From: Amphiscolops sp. MND2022
Taxonomy: Eukaryota
NCBI GenBank assembly: GCA_964187785.1
Contig: OZ076409.1
Span: forward strand, 88,414,001-88,478,000
Direction: 5' to 3'
Length of the DNA stretch: 64,000 nucleotides
Within the stretch, counting starts at the first letter, position 1; each line of letters opens with the position of its first letter. The notes beneath the pieces are model-generated. The model did not search any database. It saw nothing but the letters and a program-made list of their open reading frames with translations, and had not been told where the DNA came from. Both the position numbers and the translations under genes were made by a program. This document shows positions 62,001 through 64,000 of the stretch, piece after piece.

Positions 62001-64000
62001 TCGACATCACCAACAACGTCCTCAACGTCTCAAACAACATCTTCCACATCTCAAACAACGTCGTCTACATCACCAACTACTTCATCAACATCACCAACTA
62101 CATCATCAACATCACCAACTACATCATCAACATCTCCAACTACATCATCTACGTCACCAACTACATCATCTACGTCACCAACTACATCGTCTACATCAGA
62201 AACAACTTCGTCTACGACATCTTCGCCAACTACATCATCAACATCAAAAACTACATCATCAACTTCACCAACTACATCATCTACATCCCGAACTACATCA
62301 TCAACATCATCTACTACATCATCGACATCACCAACTACATCATCTACATCACCAACTACATCATCTACGTCACCCACTACATCGTCGACATCACCAACAA
62401 CGTCATCTACATCTCTGACGACTTCGTCAACGTCTCCCACAACTAGTCAAACAACAACTTCACCAACCACTTCTCACTCAACGTCGAGCACGACATCTCA
62501 TTCAACTTCGTCAACATCACAGACTACTTCCAGTACGTCTCAAACAACATCATCGACATCACCAACAACGTCCTCAACGTCTCAAACAACATCTTCCACA
62601 TCTCACACAACGTCGTCTACATCACCAACTACTTCATCAACATCACCAACTACATCATCAACATCACCAACTACATCATCAACATCTCCAACTACATCAT
62701 CTACGTCACCAACTACATCATCTACGTCACCAACTACATCGTCGACATCAGGAACAACTTCGTCTACGACATCTTCACCAACTACATCATCAACATCAAA
62801 AACTACATCATCAACATCACCAACTACATCATCTACATCCCCAACTACATCATCAACATCATCTACTACATCATCGACATCACCAACTACATCATCTACG
62901 TCACCAACTACATCATCTACGTCACCCACTACATCGTCGACATCACCAACAACGTCATATACATCTCTGACGACTTCGTCAACGTCTCCCACAACTAGTC
63001 AAACAACAACTTCACCAACCACTTCTCACTCAACGTCGAGCACGACATCTCATTCAACTTCGTCAACATCACAGACTACTTCCAGTACGTCTCAAACAAC
63101 ATCATCGACATCACCAACAACGTCCTCAACGTCTCAAACAACATCTTCCACATCTCAAACAACGTCGTCTACATCACCAACTACTTCATCAACATCACCA
63201 ACTACATCATCAACATCACCAACTACATCATCAACATCTCCAACTACATCATCTACGTCACCAACTACATCATCTACGTCACCAACTACATCGTCGACAT
63301 CAGGAACAACTTCGTCTACGACATCTTCACCAACTACATCATCAACATCAAAAACTACATCATCAACATCACCAACTACATCATCTACATCCCCAACTAC
63401 ATCATCAACATCATCTACTACATCATCGACATCACCAACTACATCATCTACGTCACCAACTACATCGTCGACATCAGAAACAACTTCGTCTACGACATCT
63501 TCACCAACTACATCTTCGACATCAAAAACTACGTCATCAACATCACCAACTACATCATCTACATCCCCAACTACATCATCAACATCATCTACTACATCAT
63601 CGACATCACCAACTACATCATCTACGTCACCAACTACATCATCTACGTCACCAACTACATCGTCGACATCACCAACAACGTCATCTACATCTCTGACGAC
63701 TTCGTCAACATCTCCCACAACTAGTCAAACAACAACTTCACCAACCACTTCTCACTCAACGTCGAGCACGACATCGCATTCAACTTCGTCAACATCACAG
63801 ACTACTTCCAGTACGTCTCAAACAACATCTTCCACATCTCAAACAACGTCGTCTACATCACCAACTACTTCATCAACATCACCAACTACTTCATCAACAT
63901 CACCAACTACATCATCAACATCACCAACTACATCATCAACATCTCCAACTACATCATCTACGTCACCAACTACATCATCTACGTCACCAACTACATCGTC
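1374..64000 (+). CDS. Giant multi-exon gel-forming mucin-like / VWD-domain secreted protein (partial; extends beyond both window ends)
   Basis: About 27 exons chain with consistent splice phases (GT-AG, one GC-AG). They encode VWD (VENVPCGTNGAVCSK...WDG), C8, TIL, LDLa-like repeats, discoidin-like modules and Thr/Ser/Pro repeat domains. No start or stop codon seen in the window. Confidence 0.9.
1987..2189 (+). CDS. Mucin exon, end of VWD
   Basis: cttcag|CC acceptor (phase 1), SRVYVK...GVCG...FMTSWAI, GAG|gtacgt donor. Confidence 0.85.
2556..2805 (+). CDS. Mucin exon, C8 domain
   Basis: RNPERKAWAVSQC...CLEDACGCNQGGDQQCLCQSIENYAHVC...WRSNDLC is a typical C8 pattern; ttcag| acceptor, C|gtaagt donor. 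Confidence 0.9.
2848..3560. mobile_element. Two tandem copies of an about 355-bp TIR MITE
   Basis: Each copy begins ggtgaa.caaaa..cggaacg and ends cgttcc.tttttggttc; internal sequences of about 2850-3203 and 3207-3560 align. Confidence 0.75.
3897..4162. mobile_element. Mutator/foldback-like MITE with 9-bp TSD
   Basis: Inverted arrays of gggacgaattgtcgc; flanking direct repeat CTCATACAA (3888-3896, 4163-4171). Confidence 0.8.
4380..4544 (+). CDS. Mucin exon, TIL-like domain
   Basis: Manual translation FMCECEGEFGGFAYCMEIEKTC...QCNEGCKCSDGYFRED; phases match neighbouring exons. Confidence 0.8.
5389..5503 (+). CDS. Mucin exon, TIL end / E-like module
   Basis: TGECVLSEDCPCYYKD...DDCQKC; tttaag| acceptor, TG|gttagc donor. 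Confidence 0.8.
5963..6129 (+). CDS. Mucin exon, LDLa-like Cys-rich repeat
   Basis: CVCQN...CCPDNTFLCEDQCLPYSLKCDDKCD...DEDGC; C|gtaagt donor. Confidence 0.8.
6147..6323. mobile_element. pogo/Tigger-like MITE
   Basis: TA|CAGT...ACTG|TA termini with imperfect TIRs. Confidence 0.6.
6796..7048 (+). CDS. Mucin exon, two LDLa-like repeats
   Basis: VCDGVSHCSDGSDEANC matches the LDL-receptor class A consensus; second repeat CDGVCDCPSCDDE. Confidence 0.85.
8022..8058. repeat. (GA)n microsatellite
   Basis: About 18 GA units. Confidence 0.95.
8127..8318 (+). CDS. Mucin exon, LDLa-like repeat
   Basis: CKGSGECVPPSEVCDGHCDCKSCEDEEDC; ttatag| acceptor, GC|gttagt donor. Confidence 0.8.
8734..8864 (+). 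CDS. Mucin exon, Cys-rich
   Basis: FINRFGKPYGPENCPCIPLGCNFCTKYSVGCPLNDLDMYCEED; phases consistent. Confidence 0.7.
10895..11344 (+). CDS. Mucin exon, Cys-rich module plus short Thr/Ser tract
   Basis: ECFLVCEHP...CMCATTSQTTTS...; atttcag| acceptor, A|gtaagt donor. Confidence 0.85.
11636..11853 (+). CDS. Two small mucin exons (11636-11667 and 11716-11853) separated by a 48-nt intron
   Basis: ctttag|TT TGC...TTG|gtgagt...ttgcag|ACG...ATG|gttcgc; this restores phase between the flanking exons. Confidence 0.65.
12404..12952. mobile_element. TIR MITE with CCC...GGG ends; second copy at 41327-41874
   Basis: About 32-bp imperfect TIR ccctagttgg...tgcttgaactttttacatg / catgtaaaaagttcaagca...ctaggg; aligns end to end with 41327-41874. 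Confidence 0.8.
14535..14638 (+). CDS. Mucin exon, discoidin/F5-8-like module
   Basis: IKTLYSEFDDLYYVTGVNFYQ...FYIRFVFK; gtttcag| acceptor, AA|gttagt donor. Confidence 0.7.
14727..14791. repeat. Perfect 29-bp inverted repeat with 7-nt loop
   Basis: ttgtgaaccaatttcgagaaaatcgagca-caagtta-tgctcgattttctcgaaattggttcacaa. Confidence 0.95.
15009..15132 (+). CDS. Mucin exon
   Basis: attag|G ACA...GGT TAC|gtaagt; open and phase-consistent. Confidence 0.7.
15577..15727 (+). CDS. Mucin exon, end of discoidin-like module
   Basis: LFECRPNHLGECMVSFYPQWAVATELIIYIVP...VCGL; ttttag| acceptor, G|gttagg donor. Confidence 0.7.
15976..16180 (+). CDS. Mucin exon preceding the retrotransposon-containing intron
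   Basis: ttccag|GT GTT TGT...TAT GG|gtatgc. Confidence 0.8.
16335..16512. mobile_element. pogo/Tigger-like MITE
   Basis: 20-bp perfect TIR cagtaaaccctcgattatcc / ggataatcgagggtttactg, preceded by TA. Confidence 0.8.
16624..18351 (+). repeat. 5' LTR (1728 bp)
   Basis: TGTCGCAG...CATGACA; matches 30913-32640 at offset 14289 apart from about 6 substitutions seen by eye. Confidence 0.95.
17627..17634 (+). promoter_or_regulatory. Putative LTR TATA box (copy at 31916-31923)
   Basis: TATAAATA about 140 nt upstream of the gag ATG, inside the inverted repeat GGGTAT-AA-ATACCC. Confidence 0.55.
17766..19478 (+). CDS. gag: Gag (570 aa) with two CCHC zinc knuckles
   Basis: Capsid-like FDGKSEKFELFEDLF; CNYCKEKGHIVKDC and CGTCGKKNHPEERC (CX2CX4HX4C). 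Confidence 0.92.
   Translation: MPTTRKQKKARKSRGLEILSDIENLDMMLGGDRYNGTERERSLDSNSVRRRESVISNNLDNEGESLFSNCRNDEPRTSADFGQYSAEANSLAEISRLSSELNSRISREMDEMMSNVDTLIQRAINEAISSQVLPQIQNVIMAASGRETRRGWEVPVERSEANAEEQRIPNAKADCRNEQNDGYRSGGPSARHVHDMVTGDNESPLQVPEFLTGRVSSRNHLDRSYEDINLDTTIPMQERNAPAAQTDPITRLADVLTTMQNRPTAQQLTIRPVNSNTMTFDGKSEKFELFEDLFHTMIKMQPEMTEQMKINHFHSLLRKNALQTFRNISSSNRQTLEDVLVIFRRKYFKPESQATAKHKWHRLVFDPNTMKLPDFLEELNRGAEKPFGDHAQKMIDSLLYAKLPPKLKRSVNMARLENGSYDEIVAHLERELELNALEESDDLPMATMTSSTTKSKTPLTTGQMSDITCNYCKEKGHIVKDCEKLKKKKEKDAQQGKQTQKKTYPECGTCGKKNHPEERCWQGAGAHLKPKRTRPDDANDGKPNSKAQKPQNRSTSSNSQASSSNDESKN
18352..18363 (+). promoter_or_regulatory. Primer binding site, probably tRNA-Leu type
   Basis: TGGTGACAGGAG directly after the 5' LTR CA; one mismatch from the familiar Leu-type PBS TGGTGTCAGGAG. 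Confidence 0.65.
19469..19475 (+). promoter_or_regulatory. -1 ribosomal frameshift slippery site A_AAA_AAC (gag-pol)
   Basis: Heptamer immediately before the gag TAA; the -1 frame is open from 19475 into the pol frame (ORFs 19574 and 20195). Confidence 0.8.
19475..24681 (+). pseudogene. pol: Pol polyprotein (PR-RT-RNaseH-IN) with one nonsense codon and one frameshift
   Basis: PR LIDTGA just after in-frame TAA 20138-20140; RT QYVDD; RH TDAS...AKEFLAI...TDNK; IN HHCC finger (H..HKH...CEQC), D(IDL)-D(TDKG)-E(LER), GPF motif. A 1-nt loss in the C run at 23267-23270 joins ORF 20195-23296 to ORF 23323-24681 (NLPPSGGYENVLTAIDVFSRY). Confidence 0.93.
24925..29187 (-). pseudogene. Antisense spliced gene inside the retrotransposon: hAT-transposase-like protein with BED-like zinc finger (about 1290 aa reconstructed)
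   Basis: Exons 29187-27173, 27073-26588, 26490-26356, 26243-26162, 26087-24925 with GT-AG introns and matching phases. One 1-nt frameshift near 28100 and two in-frame stops (25930-25932, 25135-25137). Motifs WCHMC-x16-H-x5-H, HYGIEFE, LAAFDP, HLCYLFKLSCLC. Confidence 0.7.
30231..31001 (+). CDS. Accessory ORF (256 aa) of the retrotransposon, overlapping the 3' LTR; unknown function
   Basis: Intact ATG-TAA ORF; VIYISSDEE, KTKRR and CTSCMVC motifs; last 89 nt lie within the LTR. Confidence 0.7.
   Translation: MERFNKARKLFGSLEFSSDSSRDSVIYISSDEETSDGWDSDWSTDTEEMVRRIETQVQAEPIPIAGRRMTTASDEPGPSSVPSDAQTTPKLDKTYFDEKLCYAPSRCKTKRRIELCKTILPVLESPLSPPAHERGPSMDTPVIQPESNGFHASFHIQNASPYTDIGSQRCTSCMVCGKSVDEIKSIKINRYMEASTPKSEPAYITALRKEAYINGLNAGSLLFIAPAVSQAAACDGTRITTTAVGQDVAPGTLPIY
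30913..32640 (+). repeat. 3' LTR (1728 bp)
   Basis: Copy of the 5' LTR, followed by the TSD GGGCC. Confidence 0.95.
32055..32669 (+). CDS. Truncated Gag N-terminus encoded by the 3' LTR, reading into the host flank
   Basis: First 195 codons nearly identical to gag; the last 9 residues come from the TSD and flank. Confidence 0.6.
   Translation: MPTTRKQKKARKSRGLEILSDIENLDMMLGGDRYNGTERERSLDSNSVRRRESVISNNLDNEGESLFSNCRNDEPRTSADFGQYSAEANSLAEINRLSSELNSRISREMDEMMSNVDTLIQRAINEAISSQVLPQIQNVIMAGSGRETRRGWEVPVERSEANAEEQRIPNAKADCRNEQNDGYRSGGPSARHVHDRAKLYISRF
32853..32994 (+). CDS. Mucin exon following the retrotransposon-containing intron
   Basis: cttttag|A AAC (phase 2 matches 16180)...AAG|gtcggt. Confidence 0.75.
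33299..33733 (+). CDS. Mucin exon with short Thr tract
   Basis: ttacag|GTG...CCC|gtaagt; ORF 33287-33757. Confidence 0.8.
33778..34429. mobile_element. Mutator/foldback-like MITE with 9-bp TSD
   Basis: Inverted arrays of the 15-bp unit gaaatttcgtcgtca; TSD TTATCCTCG (33769-33777, 34430-34438); G...C termini. Confidence 0.85.
35174..35392 (+). CDS. Mucin exon, discoidin-like
   Basis: GVLRGLEI...YVTVSKFRVA...; ttccag| acceptor, GGA|gttagt donor. Confidence 0.75.
35848..36393 (+). CDS. Mucin exon, discoidin-like modules
   Basis: ...QIAIIPV...IKFRITGC...YVLVHGITVQ|gtatga. Confidence 0.8.
36993..37127 (+). CDS. Mucin exon
   Basis: SLHPFCYVNVFRVAWNQGFNNLW resembles the F5/8 'yV..f.v.ys.dg..W' pattern; GCT|gtaagt donor. 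Confidence 0.75.
37705..37835 (+). CDS. Mucin exon, discoidin-like C-terminal strand
   Basis: PVPARFLLIIPEEM matches the F5/8 type C 'p..aRy.ri.P' pattern; TT|gtaagt donor. Confidence 0.75.
37890..38890 (+). mobile_element. Decayed, 5'-truncated non-LTR retrotransposon (LINE) RT fragment
   Basis: TTGVPQKSIL (cf. GVPQGSIL), LFADDT, SWFTDNKLTINTTKC and KDLGVFLD spread over frameshifted frames. Confidence 0.85.
39267..39361 (+). CDS. Mucin exon
   Basis: tttcag|G CCT...TGC A|gtgagt; PPGEPEPEDIPVVIGVWNCHDC. Confidence 0.65.
39501..39874. mobile_element. Mutator/foldback-like MITE with 9-bp TSD
   Basis: Inverted aaaactcgtc / gacgagtttt units; TSD GGTCAGCTT (39492-39500, 39875-39883). Confidence 0.8.
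40020..40231 (+). CDS. Mucin exon, TIL domain; ends at a GC donor
   Basis: NPCDMDQDY...TCPATCAD...CVCRDTGYV...KCVREE|gcaagt. Confidence 0.8.
40303..40767 (+). mobile_element. Dispersed non-autonomous element with subterminal inverted repeats and hairpins (Helentron/HINE-like)
   Basis: 5' AGT(C/A)GGCGCC...CCCGACT hairpin; 3' GGCGCCGACT followed by a short stem ending CTTGT. Related copies or ends at about 4888-5342(-), 43191-43735(-), 47923-48953(+), near 49200, and 16519(-). Confidence 0.55.
40996..42044. mobile_element. Foldback-like element with inverted subterminal arrays
   Basis: acaaaacagccgattttcaaaacg units at about 41005-41110, inverted versus aaaatcggctgttttgtc units at about 41970-42040; TSD not clean. 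Confidence 0.6.
41327..41874. mobile_element. Second copy of the CCC...GGG MITE, nested in a foldback element
   Basis: Aligns with 12404-12952; lies between inverted acaaaacagccgatttt arrays. Confidence 0.8.
44479..47345 (+). CDS. Mucin PTS exon 1 (PPAGGSTT repeats)
   Basis: tttcag|TCT TGC TCC TGT...GAA TGC TG|gttagg; about 955 open codons. Confidence 0.92.
44645..47145 (+). repeat. Coding tandem repeat, 24-bp unit (PPAGGSTT / PSPGGSTT)
   Basis: About 100 units; a 312-bp higher-order duplication is visible (45104 vs 45416). Confidence 0.95.
47923..48953 (+). mobile_element. Composite/nested copies of the same HINE-like family
   Basis: agtcggcgccttttcccttaaggaaaaaagcccgact start; agatatggcgccgacttggg..gttccc 3' ends at about 48427-48460 and 48920-48953. 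Confidence 0.55.
51186..59210 (+). CDS. Mucin PTS exon 2 (about 8.0 kb; Thr/Ser repeats followed by a TIL domain)
   Basis: tttag|C AAA TGC...; same frame as ORF 58810-59226 (CPSNMVPSTCANDCFKTC...CVVGCACAEG...CVPITDCHC); TG|gttagt donor. Mostly missed by the ORF track because it has no ATG. Confidence 0.9.
51300..58620 (+). repeat. Coding tandem repeat, about 294-bp (98-aa) unit built from 21-bp TTSSTSP subunits
   Basis: Shadow ORFs recur at 294-bp spacing (54849/55143; 57327/57621/57915). Confidence 0.95.
59928..59997 (+). CDS. Mucin exon, VWC-like
   Basis: CSCNNGRLDCSTDCCVDSNNNPVP|gtaagt. Confidence 0.75.
60430..60561 (+). CDS. Mucin exon, VWC-like
   Basis: VGERWVDPDDRCMRNYCC...; ttttag| acceptor, GCT|gttagt donor. 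Confidence 0.75.
60858..64000 (+). CDS. Mucin PTS exon 3 (runs off the window)
   Basis: ttccag|CGA...TCCYGCQK then TTSSTSP repeats to the end. Confidence 0.88.
60960..64000 (+). repeat. Coding tandem repeat, 552-bp (184-aa) higher-order unit
   Basis: Shadow ORFs recur at 61499, 62051, 62603 and 63155. Confidence 0.92.

Noticed and set aside
51225..63718. Many Val/Asp/Gly-rich minus-strand ORFs
   Set aside because: Antisense shadows of the Thr/Ser codon repeats.

Overview
Animal (probably invertebrate; species not determinable from the sequence) genomic DNA with AT-rich introns. The whole window lies inside one large, multi-exon, + strand gel-forming-mucin-like gene (VWD-C8-TIL, LDLa-like repeats, discoidin/F5-8-like modules, TIL, and three huge Pro/Thr/Ser repeat exons), open at both ends. 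Its introns are full of small DNA-transposon derivatives and one decayed LINE. One intron (16181-32852) holds a young 16.0-kb Ty3/Gypsy-type LTR retrotransposon (16624-32640, 1728-bp LTRs, TG...CA ends, 5-bp TSD GGGCC) with an unusual, complex-retrovirus-like layout. Gag starts 586 nt inside the LTR and is joined to pol by an A_AAA_AAC -1 frameshift site. There is no visible polypurine tract, and a 256-aa accessory ORF with a SUMO-interacting-like motif runs into the 3' LTR. Most strikingly, between pol and the 3' LTR the element carries an antisense, intron-containing (5-exon, about 1290-aa) gene whose product looks like a catalytically degenerate hAT-family transposase with a BED-like zinc finger. 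All domain calls are by eye from motifs; no database search was run.
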